This document shows positions 1 through 10,168 of a stretch of DNA of 64,000 nt, piece after piece (within the stretch, counting starts at the first letter, position 1; each line of letters opens with the position of its first letter). The position numbers and the translations under genes are program-made. Under the pieces are notes generated by a model. It was not told where the DNA came from, ran no database searches, and saw nothing but the letters and a program-made list of their open reading frames with translations. This DNA is from an uncultured Acidimicrobiia bacterium (GTDB lineage: Bacteria; Acidobacteriota; Terriglobia; Versatilivoradales; Versatilivoraceae), in contig CAWBAT010000004.1 of assembly GCA_963786955.1 (NCBI GenBank), positions 672,001-736,000 of the forward strand, given 5' to 3'.

Positions 1-780
1 CACTTTCAATTTGATACGTCCATCCTGAGGGAGCCTTCTCTCGGCAATATTCAGCTTCGCCATGAGCTTGAGGCGGGAGATGATGGCTGCCTTAAGTAGA
101 ATGGGGGGGGGCTCAACGTTCTGAAGAATCCCATCAATTCGGTATCGAATTCGAAACTCTTTTTCAAATGGCTCAATATGGATATCACTGGCACGGCGCT
201 CCACAGCTCGGGAAATGATCACGTTGACGAGTCGGATAACAGGAGCCTCCGAGGCCATGTCGCGAAGATGCTCGATGTTCTCATCGCCACCTGTATAGTC
301 AACGCCCGTCAGCTCAGTGTCTCCATCGATCACACGAGAGGCGTTTCCATTTCCGGCGCCATATAACCGTTCCAGCGTTTCAACGATTTCGTTTTCCAGC
401 CCGAAACGGACCTTGACCTCATAGCCACTAAACAGACGCACCGAGTCCAAGGTCTCGGTGTCTGAGGGATCGGCCATAGCCAGAGTCAAACAATTTCCTT
501 CCAGATCCAGGGGGAGGAGTTTGAATTGCTTCATGAATTTGTAGGATAGGGTTTGAACTTCAATCGGCACCGCCGGAAATTCTGCAGACGTAATCAAGGG
601 AGCCTGCTGCTGATCGCTAATCGCTTGAACCAAATCGCGTTCAGCCAAGTAACCCAGGTCGAGCAGAATCCGGCCGATTTTTTCTTTCCGCTCCCGCTGT
701 AATGTAAGAGCATCGCGGAGCTCCTGAGAGGAAATCAGGTTGCGCTCCACCAAGATCTGGCCAATAAGTTTCCTAACCAA
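1..780 (-). CDS. gspE: Type II secretion/type IV pilus assembly ATPase (GspE/PilB family), N-terminal part; runs off the left edge
   Basis: Read by hand (absent from the ORF track): TTG at 780 after an [25 protein letters not shown]... and ...[27 protein letters not shown], the hallmark GspE/PilB motif. Confidence 0.85.
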   Translation of the reverse strand, partial: MVRKLIGQILVERNLISSQELRDALTLQRERKEKIGRILLDLGYLAERDLVQAISDQQQAPLITSAEFPAVPIEVQTLSYKFMKQFKLLPLDLEGNCLTLAMADPSDTETLDSVRLFSGYEVKVRFGLENEIVETLERLYGAGNGNASRVIDGDTELTGVDYTGGDENIEHLRDMASEAPVIRLVNVIISRAVERRASDIHIEPFEKEFRIRYRIDGILQNVEPPPILLKAAIISRLKLMAKLNIAERRLPQDGRIKLKV

Positions 781-821
781 TGGATCTCCTGAGCTTGGTT
801 GAGAATGGAATTAACACGCCG

Positions 822-1418
822 CTAGTACTGGATGATCCGGATATTCTGTTTCAGATCTTCCATGGAAATCTTGCGCTCTTGGTATTGCTGCAAGACATAT
901 CTCTTCACATTCAACACGATCTGCGATGGGGAGGGCCTTCTCTCATCTCCGCGGGCACTGAAGAGGTACACAACGATAGTCAGGTTTTCTCCCGGCTTTA
1001 ACTGGTTTATTGAATTGCCATGCTCTGCGATGGCCTTGATGATCAGCCCTTTGACATTTTGAATTCGGCTCATCATCTTTTCATAGGCCTCGTCGAGCTC
1101 CTTTTGACTATGAGGTTTCATATCGAAAGGAGAGAGCTGGCGAATCAGGTAAGCATTGACCTCCAAGTTAAACACGGCTCCGTAGTCTGGAAGATAGGTG
1201 CCTCGGGTCGATCCCAAAACGGGAAAAGGGCCTTGAAGGTTCTCTTTGATTGTCGTGTCAATGACTCCCTGAAATACGGCCAACTCTTTCTTAAGGCCGG
1301 GAAGGTCAAGGCCAGTGTTGGTAGAGGGCGTATCAGCGCCCTGGGCTCTCAGTAAGTTTCCCAGAGCAAGAACAAGAATTAAGGTAATACAGGAAATATT
1401 TTTTTTGGGAGTGTGCAT
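822..1418 (-). CDS. Hypothetical secreted protein in the ECF operon
   Basis: 198 aa ORF with signal peptide-like N-terminus, co-oriented between the anti-sigma gene and gspE. Confidence 0.7.
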   Translation of the reverse strand: MHTPKKNISCITLILVLALGNLLRAQGADTPSTNTGLDLPGLKKELAVFQGVIDTTIKENLQGPFPVLGSTRGTYLPDYGAVFNLEVNAYLIRQLSPFDMKPHSQKELDEAYEKMMSRIQNVKGLIIKAIAEHGNSINQLKPGENLTIVVYLFSARGDERRPSPSQIVLNVKRYVLQQYQERKISMEDLKQNIRIIQY

Positions 1419-1454
1419 CTTGTTTTTTATCCTTTTTGAGAAATGGGTCTATCC

Positions 1455-2156
1455 TTAATTAGTCGAAGAGGCCTTCACATAAACTTCGCGGGCCAATGAT
1501 TCAAGGTACGAGGCGTTTCTTGCCGACGCTTTCCAAACCTCTCTCTGGGTCATCTCGAGATATTTCAATCCTTGGGAGACCTTTTGCATGTCCTCCGTTC
1601 TATTCGTGTTAATTTCCGCCTTGGCCTCAAGCAGCAGCTTTTCAACTTTCGAATTCTGCCGCTGTTCACTCTGCGCCAGCACATTTTCGATCAATTTTTC
1701 CAGATCGGAACGGTTCATCGCTGCGGGAACCGCCGCGAGTTGCTGGTTTGCCTCAAACTGAGGGCTCAGCAAAGAGCGGGGCTGGTTAAAGGAAACCCTG
1801 AACTGACCTTCTTTGAATTCTATTTCTGTTTTCAACATCGCTAACGTGCTAATGCAAAGAATGAAACAAATCGTGGCCGCGGCACAGACAACCACTCCGC
1901 GAGACCAAGAACGGGGCGAAAAAACATCGACAAATTGTCTCCAGGATGAACGAGGCGTTTCGAAAATCAGGCTCTTGGGAACCTCCTCGTCCGGCCAACC
2001 ATTGCGAAGGAGCGACGGGATGCCTGAAAGCGAAACCAACTCCTCCCGACAGGTCTTACAAGTCTTCATATGGGCTTGAAGTTCCGCCGATTGTTCTGTG
2101 GTAATTTCTTTTCCCAGATAGTCCGGGAATAAATCCTGCGACTGTTGGCAATTCAT
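1455..2156 (-). CDS. Zinc-finger (zf-HC2) transmembrane anti-sigma factor
   Basis: N-terminal C...HMKTCKTC motif, one TM helix, 4-nt overlap with the ECF sigma gene. Confidence 0.85.
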   Translation of the reverse strand: MNCQQSQDLFPDYLGKEITTEQSAELQAHMKTCKTCREELVSLSGIPSLLRNGWPDEEVPKSLIFETPRSSWRQFVDVFSPRSWSRGVVVCAAATICFILCISTLAMLKTEIEFKEGQFRVSFNQPRSLLSPQFEANQQLAAVPAAMNRSDLEKLIENVLAQSEQRQNSKVEKLLLEAKAEINTNRTEDMQKVSQGLKYLEMTQREVWKASARNASYLESLAREVYVKASSTN

Positions 2157-2749
2157 GTTGTCCCCCTCGGTTGGTCAGTAAGTAACTTTCTAAGTTCTTT
2201 TAACCCGAGATAAAGGCGGGATTTGACTGTACTAACAGGGCATTCCGCGATCTCGGCAATTTCTGAAAACTTCATCCCTTCATAGATCTTTAGCACAACG
2301 GTTTCTCGCTGTTCTGCGGACAAAGTATTAAGAGCTCTGGCAAGGATCACTCGGAGCTCGTTTTGTTCAAAGCGCTGGCCACGTTCGATCGAAACAGCTA
2401 CATGATCCGAGAGAAGATCCTCGATCGAGGGCACCCCCTCGATGTCGTTCGTCAATGATTCGGTAAGAGCCGATTGGTCTCGGCGAAGATTGCTAATCCA
2501 GCAGTTACGCGCAATCCGAAATAACCATTGAGGGAATTTGTCAGGATCCTTGAGGTGCCGTATCTGTTCAAAGGCGCGGGTAAAACTTTCCTGAGCAATA
2601 TCCAGAGCTTCATCTCGGTTCCCGGTCAAACGCAATCCGAAATTAAAAAGTTTCTTTTCCCAACGCTTGACCAGTAGGTTGAAGGCTTCCGCCTCACCAG
2701 CCACAACCTTCTGGACAAGATTTTTATCCGATACCCAGACAAGTCCCAA
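2153..2749 (-). CDS. ECF RNA polymerase sigma-70 factor
   Basis: Region 2 (DIAQESF, WLFRIARN) and region 4 (SEIAEI...STVKSRL); TTG at 2749 follows an AAGGAG RBS. Confidence 0.92.
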   Translation of the reverse strand: MGLVWVSDKNLVQKVVAGEAEAFNLLVKRWEKKLFNFGLRLTGNRDEALDIAQESFTRAFEQIRHLKDPDKFPQWLFRIARNCWISNLRRDQSALTESLTNDIEGVPSIEDLLSDHVAVSIERGQRFEQNELRVILARALNTLSAEQRETVVLKIYEGMKFSEIAEIAECPVSTVKSRLYLGLKELRKLLTDQPRGTT

Positions 2750-2766
2750 TTCGTCTCCTTTTCTAG

Positions 2767-2795
2767 TTGACGCAAAAAAAGTCAAAAAAGTCTTA
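2767..2795 (-). promoter_or_regulatory. Putative autoregulatory ECF promoter (TAAGAC-N17-CGTCAA)
   Basis: Lies directly upstream of the ECF RBS; CGTC -10 element, GAC -35 element and T-rich spacer resemble ECF promoters. Confidence 0.4.
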
Positions 2796-2824
2796 AAGGT
2801 CTTGGATTCTTTTTGGCTTTTTCA

Positions 2825-5299
2825 TTACTTTACAGAGAGTCTTGCCCGTTTGTATGGACGACCGGTGAGGTAAAGCTGAAGCCGACTCTGAATCTCATCG
2901 GAAAGGTCTTTCCTACCCGAAGTCAAGGCCTCTGCAGTTGCTCTGCGCGCCATCGGAACCGCCTCTTTATACCGGCCAGTTGCAGCGTAGGATGCCGCCA
3001 ATGTGTCCAAGTATTCAACAGTGGGCTGTTTGGCTAAAGCCAAAGCCTTTTGTGCAAGCAGCAGTGACTCTTTGGCTTGACTGGTGCCTTCCAGATCATT
3101 CCTTGTCGCCATAATCCAGGCGAGTTTCTGCATTGCGTCAGGCCAATTGGGTCTTACTCGCAGGGCGGCTCGATAAGAATTGATTGCATCCGAAATTCGA
3201 TTCTCTCGCTCCAAAGCAACTGCTCGGTAAAGATAAGCCTCAGGATAATCGGGTCGAAGCCTAATCGCCTCGGTAAATTGTAACTGTGCCTCCTCATTTC
3301 TTTGTACAAATAGAAGTGCTCGGCCCAGGCTATAGTGAGTGCTTGCAACTCCCGGCTCTAGACGGATTGATTCGGTGAGATGGCTGATTGCTTCCTCATA
3401 CTTACCTTGACGGAGAAGCACCAATCCCAAGTTATTCTGCGCGTCTCGATAGTCCGGCTTGAGCCGCAATGCTTCAGATAATTCTTTCAGGGAGATTTCC
3501 ACTTTTCCTTGAATGAGATATAATCCTCCCAAGTTATTGCGTGCCTCGGCATATTCCGGCTTCAATTGGATTGCCCGATTGTACTGCTCCAATGCCAGGT
3601 CAATTTTCCCCTGTTGAGCAAACATTGCGCCTAGATTATTGTGCGCCTCGGCATAGTCCGGGTTCAGTTGGAGTGCCCGATTGTAATATTCGAGTGCCAC
3701 GTCGAATTTTCCCTGTTGGGAATGGACTTTACCTAGACCGTTGTGAGCCTCAGCCAGAGAGGGGTTAATTCGAAGTGCTTCTAGAAAATGGGAGGTGGCC
3801 TCATTTTGCCGTCCTAATGCATCCAAGGTGAGCCCCAGATTGTAATGCGCCTCTGCATAGTCCGGAGCAATCCTCAAGGCTTGTTCGTACCAATCCCGTG
3901 CCTCTTTATTCTTCCCTTCGTCATACAGGTAATGGCCAAGAACATAGGGTGCACGAGGGTTCATGGGTCGCTGCTGAACGACTTTCTTCCACATTGAGAC
4001 CGCATGCTTGTAATCTTCGTTCCTCAATATCGCTCTCCAGGTTAGGGTTGCGACGACAATTACGACAGCTGTTCCGGAATAGAGGTACGGAAGGTATGAA
4101 GGTTTCCCCCAGAAAGCCCAATTCCTCAGCAACGCAAAGACTCCCAGAACTATTATCACTAGAATTGAAACAGAGGGCAGATACATTCGGTGTTCGGCAG
4201 CCACATCATTTAATGGCATGACACTCGAAGTAGGCGCAAGAATGAGGAAGAACCATGCACCTAAGAACCCCATCGCAGGAGAGAATTTCAAGGCCCAAGC
4301 CGTGGCCACCATAAGACCGACAATTATAAGTGCATAAGCAAGGATCTCCTGAGGGCCCTTGACCACTGGCCAGTAGTAATCTAAACAGAGATTTTGAGGC
4401 CATAAGACCAAGCGAAGGTAATGAACAATCACTTGGGGTTGAGTCAGAGCATAATTCAGGGCACTGACATGTTGAAGCTTGAAGCCGGCCGACTCGATCT
4501 TTGGGAAAATAATAAAAGTCGTCGCCAGCACTCCCCACGTCCCAGCGAGACCCCAATAGAGCTTCCGTCGGCTGTGGAGCGCGTTTCGAAAAGAACCGGA
4601 CAGGAATATTCTGTCGTAAAGCAGCACGAGCAGAGGGGTTGCTACCATATTTTGCTTGGTTCCCATACCGAGCGCACAGGCCAGCACAGCCAACCCGTAG
4701 TAAATTGACTTAAATTGAGATGAGTTCCCTCGTTCTACGCAATAGAACGTTAACAGGAGGAAGAGGCTCATCAAAGATTCGTTTCTTTGGGTTATGTAAG
4801 TAACGGCTTCCGCATTCAGAGGATGAGCAACCCAGCACAAGACTACCGTCAAGGAGAGAATTTTCGAGGCATTCGCAAATAACTTCAGTCGCAGTAAAAC
4901 TCTCCGAAGCAAATCAAATAAAACACAGGCATTTAAGAGATGGATAAACAAGTTGACAACATGATAGCCCCAGGTGTTCAGCCCATTCATGGAATAGTTG
5001 AGTGCCAAAGAGAGGCCCATGACAGGTCTCGTTCCTAAACCCCACTTAAAGATCGGGTCCCAAGGGGGCCAGAGGCGCCGAATGTACTTGTTATCTACTA
5101 TAGTCACCAAATCGTCGAAAATGAATTCTCCCGTAAAGCTATTCGCGTAGGCAATTAAGCCCACAGAGAGAATCGAGCAATAGGCAAGCAGGTTCCCACT
5201 CGGCCTCACATGGAGCAAATGGGAAGTATTTGGCGAAATGGATTCCGGTTGGGCTTTCCCCTTTTTTTTGACTTTTGCAGAAACCGTTTTGTGAATCAT
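2825..5299 (-). CDS. TMTC-like GT-C membrane glycosyltransferase with C-terminal TPR array
   Basis: Multi-TM N-terminal half with FIFDD, HPLNAEAVTY and AEHRMYLP motifs, followed by about 8-9 TPRs (PDYAEAHNNLG). Confidence 0.8.
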   Translation of the reverse strand: MIHKTVSAKVKKKGKAQPESISPNTSHLLHVRPSGNLLAYCSILSVGLIAYANSFTGEFIFDDLVTIVDNKYIRRLWPPWDPIFKWGLGTRPVMGLSLALNYSMNGLNTWGYHVVNLFIHLLNACVLFDLLRRVLLRLKLFANASKILSLTVVLCWVAHPLNAEAVTYITQRNESLMSLFLLLTFYCVERGNSSQFKSIYYGLAVLACALGMGTKQNMVATPLLVLLYDRIFLSGSFRNALHSRRKLYWGLAGTWGVLATTFIIFPKIESAGFKLQHVSALNYALTQPQVIVHYLRLVLWPQNLCLDYYWPVVKGPQEILAYALIIVGLMVATAWALKFSPAMGFLGAWFFLILAPTSSVMPLNDVAAEHRMYLPSVSILVIIVLGVFALLRNWAFWGKPSYLPYLYSGTAVVIVVATLTWRAILRNEDYKHAVSMWKKVVQQRPMNPRAPYVLGHYLYDEGKNKEARDWYEQALRIAPDYAEAHYNLGLTLDALGRQNEATSHFLEALRINPSLAEAHNGLGKVHSQQGKFDVALEYYNRALQLNPDYAEAHNNLGAMFAQQGKIDLALEQYNRAIQLKPEYAEARNNLGGLYLIQGKVEISLKELSEALRLKPDYRDAQNNLGLVLLRQGKYEEAISHLTESIRLEPGVASTHYSLGRALLFVQRNEEAQLQFTEAIRLRPDYPEAYLYRAVALERENRISDAINSYRAALRVRPNWPDAMQKLAWIMATRNDLEGTSQAKESLLLAQKALALAKQPTVEYLDTLAASYAATGRYKEAVPMARRATAEALTSGRKDLSDEIQSRLQLYLTGRPYKRARLSVK

Positions 5300-5398
5300 G
5301 TCCAGACCTCAGAACTAGACGAAACGACGTCGAATCGTCAGCGCAATAACCCTTTTGGTCTTTACTTGCGCTCTCTCATGAATAAAAGATCTAGCTGC

Positions 5399-5836
5399 TT
5401 AGGAACGGGGTATCACGGGGGGAGTCTGCGGCACTATATTCGCCCTCTCATCGCGCCCAGTGGCGTCCACGCCTGTCTGATTCTGTGACTCCAGGAATAT
5501 TTGCTCTAACCTTTCAACCCGGCTTTCGAGCAATGCAATCTCCTGTGTCAAGCGAGTGTTCCTTCGCTGATGCCAAGTGAGGGAGACCGAAACTGAGAAG
5601 GAATAAATGTATATGGCGGCCAAGGCCATAAATAAAACTGCCGCCGCATAACTCAGATGGGACCTATTTGCAAAAGACATGATGAGATTAGGAAATAAAC
5701 CACAAACCAACAGTATAAAGGCAAGTATCGTCCACAAGATGGCGTGTTTTTCACTCAGGTCTCTACTTCGAACCCAGTAAATGGTAAGGGAAAAGACCGC
5801 AATCCCTCCCAAAAACATCAAGGTTTCAGCGTTCAA
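5399..5836 (-). CDS. DUF2304-family membrane protein
   Basis: Three TM helices, LSEKHAILW and LTQEIALLE motifs, coupled to the upstream GT2. Confidence 0.75.
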   Translation of the reverse strand: MNAETLMFLGGIAVFSLTIYWVRSRDLSEKHAILWTILAFILLVCGLFPNLIMSFANRSHLSYAAAVLFMALAAIYIYSFSVSVSLTWHQRRNTRLTQEIALLESRVERLEQIFLESQNQTGVDATGRDERANIVPQTPPVIPRS

Positions 5837-6647
5837 ATTTCATTAACTCCTTCATCCTAAGTCTATCAATAAGGATGGCCAATGAAACCATTATCATATA
5901 TTCCAGCGCTTTGAAGTACCGAATGGAAGAGACCCCTCCTTGCCTTTCGTGCATCTTGACGGGGATCTCCCCGATCCGCAGCTTATTGCGTGCACACCAA
6001 AATAAAGATACAGGTTCCGGAAAATCTTCAGGATAATACTCAGCAAATCGTTCCCAAACAACGGGTCCCGCACAACGAAAACCACTGGTCGGATCTGTGA
6101 TCTTCAATCCCGAAAGCAAATGAATCAATGAGGAGCAGAAGCGTATCCCCATCCGCCTCCGAATTGTTGATTGAAAATTGCCCTTCCCCGAGTATAGGAA
6201 ACGCGACCCGATGCACAAATCAAGTTTGTTCGTTTCACACTCAGAAACAAGAGACTCTATGTACTCTGGGTCATGCTGTCCGTCTGCATCGAACTGAATC
6301 ACATACCGATAGTTCCCTCGCCTTTTGGCATATATGTATCCCGTCTGAACAGCTACTCCAATTCCTCCGTTGGAAATCATGCTGACAATTTGGACTTCCA
6401 ACTTACTTTCCTTCTTTGCACTCCTAGCTCTGTGAATTGTTTTGTCATTAGAGCCGTCGTCGACGATGAGGACTTCGTAATCAGCGGGCAGACACTGCAA
6501 GCCCGCCACAGTCTTCTCCAAAGACTCCTCCTCGTTATATGCAGGGATGACAATCAAGTTTTTCACTGAACCAGCCCGCAAGATATTAGAAAACTCCCGA
6601 GAATTGAATTGGTGAGTATCATGGGGATATGACTCACTTTCCCCCAA
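5826..6647 (-). CDS. GT2 polyprenol-phosphate glycosyltransferase (DPM-synthase-like); real start possibly GTG 6566
   Basis: IPAYNEE, VDDGS, DADGQH, GSRF, DPTSGFR motifs. Confidence 0.9.
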   Translation of the reverse strand: MGESESYPHDTHQFNSREFSNILRAGSVKNLIVIPAYNEEESLEKTVAGLQCLPADYEVLIVDDGSNDKTIHRARSAKKESKLEVQIVSMISNGGIGVAVQTGYIYAKRRGNYRYVIQFDADGQHDPEYIESLVSECETNKLDLCIGSRFLYSGKGNFQSTIRRRMGIRFCSSLIHLLSGLKITDPTSGFRCAGPVVWERFAEYYPEDFPEPVSLFWCARNKLRIGEIPVKMHERQGGVSSIRYFKALEYMIMVSLAILIDRLRMKELMKFER

Positions 6648-6803
6648 TATCCCGGGGAGGATATCCTCGAACGCAACCGTTATTTTATTTGAGAATTTCT
6701 TTTTTTCCCATATTCATTTCTAAGGAGATGAGATCCACGCATAGTATCTTGCCCAAAGAATTGTCATGATCCGTATGAAATGCTATTTTGCCCATGTCTC
6801 TGA

Positions 6804-7841
6804 ATGTTGAATAAGATCAGCAGGGCAGATGGGATGACACAAGCTACCATAATCGTGGTGAACCATAATGGAACTATGTTACTAGAGGACTGTTTAAAAT
6901 CTCTCAATGACCAAACCTACACCGACTTCGAGGTTTTATTTGTGGATAACGGATCGACGGATGACTCAATCCTCAACGCCAGGCGGATCTTGCCGAAAAT
7001 CCGTGTTATGTCATTATGTGAGAACTCCGGATGGGCAAAAGCGAACAACATTGGAATTTGCAATTCCGAGAGCGAATTCATTGTCTTGCTGAATAACGAT
7101 ACTCGCGCAGACCCGAATTTCCTATTAGAGCTGGTCAAAGCAGCCGGAGCCAACCCTAAGGTGGGAATGGTCGCTCCAAAGATTCTCAATTTCTATGAGC
7201 CGCGAGTCATTGATTCGGTCGGCGGACTGGTCATTTGCCGTGACGGGATTGCGCAAGGGCTTGGCAGAGGAGAAATCGATAACAGCCAATATGATGACTT
7301 GAAAGAAATCCTAATTCCCAGTGGTTGCGCTGCATTGTATCGTAAGACAATGTTGGATGAAATCGGATTATTTGACGAAACGTTCTTTGCCTATTGTGAG
7401 GATTCAGATCTGGCTTTGCGCGGGTTATGGGCAGGATGGTTAGCCGTCGCAGCGCCTAAAGCCATTGTTTATCACAAATACTCTGCAACTAGCGGGGGCT
7501 ACTCGCCCATTAAGCTCTACTTAGTCGAACGAAACCATTTCTATGTAGCAATCAGGAACTTCCCATTACGAATGATCCTGTTACTCCCAGTATGGACTGT
7601 CTATCGATTTGCGCTAATGACTATAGCCATCATCGCCAATAGAGGCAAGAGTGTAGCGCTGCAAGGAAGCCGCTGGCCGGATCTACTCACCGCTTTATTG
7701 CGAGCACAATTTCATGCGGCTTACCGAGCCTGGCCACAACTTATGCACAGAACTAAGATCCGCCGAATATCCAGCAAACAATTTACCCAAAGGATAAAGG
7801 CCTATCGACTCTCAATGCGGCAAATGGTCTTCAAACGATGA
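6804..7841 (+). CDS. GT2 family glycosyltransferase
   Basis: VDNGSTD, LLNND, FFAYCEDSDL motifs. Confidence 0.9.
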   Translation: MLNKISRADGMTQATIIVVNHNGTMLLEDCLKSLNDQTYTDFEVLFVDNGSTDDSILNARRILPKIRVMSLCENSGWAKANNIGICNSESEFIVLLNNDTRADPNFLLELVKAAGANPKVGMVAPKILNFYEPRVIDSVGGLVICRDGIAQGLGRGEIDNSQYDDLKEILIPSGCAALYRKTMLDEIGLFDETFFAYCEDSDLALRGLWAGWLAVAAPKAIVYHKYSATSGGYSPIKLYLVERNHFYVAIRNFPLRMILLLPVWTVYRFALMTIAIIANRGKSVALQGSRWPDLLTALLRAQFHAAYRAWPQLMHRTKIRRISSKQFTQRIKAYRLSMRQMVFKR

Positions 7842-7910
7842 AGCCTATAGCGGTGCTTTACCCTTTCTGGAAATTAGAGTGAAAGTCTTGATTTGTAGAG
7901 GAGGCAATTA

Positions 7911-8501
7911 TTGCCGTTTTTTAGCAAAGTTGTTGGCCGCTTTTCACCATCCCTGCTTCGCATAGTACGAAATAGTCTCTTAGACTTATCTCGAATTCGT
8001 ACTGTCTTGCCGCTCGCCGGAAGAGTACTTGAGATCGGGTGTGGATATGGCCATGTGCTTTCTCAGTTAGCAGAGGAAAGAACCGACTTACAATTCCTTG
8101 GAATTGACAAAGATGCCGAAGCGATTGACTTTGCCCAAGAAAAGTGGAAATTCCCCAACTTGCAATTCCATCAAGTATCGCTCGAAGAGCTCAAAGAGCC
8201 CTTTGATTTGGTATTGATTCTTGATGTTATTCATCATCTGCCAGACGGGGTTGAAAATCATATTTTCAAGGAGAGCCATCGCCTGCTGGGAGAGAATGGC
8301 CTGCTCTTCGTGAAGGACATTCCCATTCAAAATTGCAAGATCGGAGTGTTCTTGGATAAGTATGTTTCAAGACAACCTCCGCTCGTCCGCAATGATGATC
8401 AGTTACGGAGTGCCCTGAAGTCATATTTCAAGCTAATCAGTTGGGAAACTCCAACCAGGCTGAAGATGGGAGAGCTTTATTTCCTGGCAGAAAAGCTCTA
8501 A
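7911..8501 (+). CDS. Class I SAM-dependent methyltransferase
   Basis: VLEIGCGYG motif I; DVIHH. Confidence 0.88.
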   Translation: MPFFSKVVGRFSPSLLRIVRNSLLDLSRIRTVLPLAGRVLEIGCGYGHVLSQLAEERTDLQFLGIDKDAEAIDFAQEKWKFPNLQFHQVSLEELKEPFDLVLILDVIHHLPDGVENHIFKESHRLLGENGLLFVKDIPIQNCKIGVFLDKYVSRQPPLVRNDDQLRSALKSYFKLISWETPTRLKMGELYFLAEKL

Positions 8502-8616
8502 GAGCTACTCAATACCCTTCGCGGGTTCCCTCAATTGCGTCAGCGATGGCCAGCGACTCGAAAATTTTCAATGAGTGTTCCAATGATAGGAACCTGCAAA
8601 ATTCTCAGGAAGATCT

Positions 8617-9366
8617 ATGATTTATGAATCGGTAAATATTCCACTATGGCGCAATCTGAAAAACATTTCCGGTGCAAGAATATTGGACATCGGTTGTGGA
8701 GCAGGCGCTCTAGGTGAATTACTGTCGAAGAATGGAAATTGCGTGGATGGAATTACCAATTCTCAAGAGGAGTTGGTCATGGCCTCCAAGAGACTGCACA
8801 AGGTATTTCTTATCGACTTGAACGATCCCATCAAGATTCGAACCGAGATCCGTGAATCATATGAAATCATTTTATTTGCGGGAGTTTTAGAGCATTTGGT
8901 TCATCCAATAGAAACGCTTAGATTGTTTGATCGGAACCTGACTTCTGATGGCCAAATCCACATCTCCCTTCCCAACGTCGCTTGCTTCTACGTTCGCATC
9001 GGTCTTCTCTTGGGGAAATTCGATCCCTTAGAGGAGGGTGGAATTCTGGATAAAACGCATTTGCATCATTACACTTTGAAGACTGCCAAAGAAATGATTC
9101 ACGATGCAGGGCTTCGGATTGAGAAGATTGACTTTATGCCAGGTATTTCTGTCTGGCTATACCAGAATTTTCTCAAAAGGGGACTCCCTACCCCAGGTGA
9201 AAAAATGGTGGAGAGAAAAGACTTCCAGATCTATGAAGGTTATGTGTACCCAGTAGAACGTTTCGTTGGATCCATTTGGAGGTGCATGTTTGCTAACGAA
9301 TTTCAGTTCGTCTGCGGCCGACAGAACAGACAGAATGCTGATGACATCAAAGCTGGGTTGCGTTAG
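8617..9366 (+). CDS. Class I SAM-dependent methyltransferase
   Basis: ILDIGCGAG, VLEH, SLPNVA, GILDKTHLHHYT. Confidence 0.88.
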   Translation: MIYESVNIPLWRNLKNISGARILDIGCGAGALGELLSKNGNCVDGITNSQEELVMASKRLHKVFLIDLNDPIKIRTEIRESYEIILFAGVLEHLVHPIETLRLFDRNLTSDGQIHISLPNVACFYVRIGLLLGKFDPLEEGGILDKTHLHHYTLKTAKEMIHDAGLRIEKIDFMPGISVWLYQNFLKRGLPTPGEKMVERKDFQIYEGYVYPVERFVGSIWRCMFANEFQFVCGRQNRQNADDIKAGLR

Positions 9367-9428
9367 AAACAAGACTCGGGCATTTCAATACTGACGGGTT
9401 CCGGGGGGAACTCGGGGAGACGTCAAGA

Positions 9429-10162
9429 ATGGGAATCGAACTAGAACGCATATCCGATGACGCCTTCATCCCGAAATGGGTTGGGCATGAACACTTGGCT
9501 CGATTTAATTTTGCCGCTGAGCGGGTAAAAGGGAAACGCGTAATTGACTGCGCTTGCGGGACAGGGTTTGGTTCGAGCCTGTTTGTGGCGGCTGGAGCAA
9601 GCTCAGTTTTAGCTTTCGACGTTTCTGAACAAACAATTTCGCAATCCATTCTCAAATATCAGGCACCCAATCTAAAGTTTCAGGTTGGCTCGGCTCTCAA
9701 TCTTCCAGTACCCGATCAGTCTGCCGATATCTTCATATCATTAGAGACCATTGAACATTTGGAAAAAGACCGCGAATTCCTGTCCGAAGTACATCGTGTC
9801 CTGGGGCCGGGAGGCATCTTCATTTGTTCCACACCCAATCGAACCGTAACCAATCCCGGGAAGGAGATTGTCGATAGGCCTTGGAACCCATTTCATATCC
9901 GGGAATATTCCGAAAAAGAATTCCTCGACTTGTTGAAGACCGAGTTTGAAAGAGTGACAATCTACGGACAAAACCCCAAGAAGAGGTGGAAAGTGAATCT
10001 TATGGAAAAAATCGGGAGAGTAATGCCTTTTCATGGGGCCGTGCGGATTAACCAGATTTTAAAGCTCCCTCACATGGCCCTGGATAAGGTCGAGGGGACC
10101 ATTTGGTCTTAGATACAAAGGGGGATCATGATTATGAGTATCTGGTGGCAGTTTGTCATTAG
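9429..10162 (+). CDS. Class I SAM-dependent methyltransferase; apparent frameshift near 10094-10097 (ORF as read stops at 10112)
   Basis: IDCACGTG, ETIEH, STPNR, NPFHIREY; adding one G gives the C-terminus DHLVLDTKGDHDYEYLVAVCH* ending at 10162. Confidence 0.85.
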
Positions 10163-10168
10163 GGTGAG

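Noticed and set aside
3100-3960. Roughly 102-bp periodic repeats
   Set aside because: They are TPR-coding repeats within the TMTC-like CDS, not a CRISPR array or DNA repeat element.
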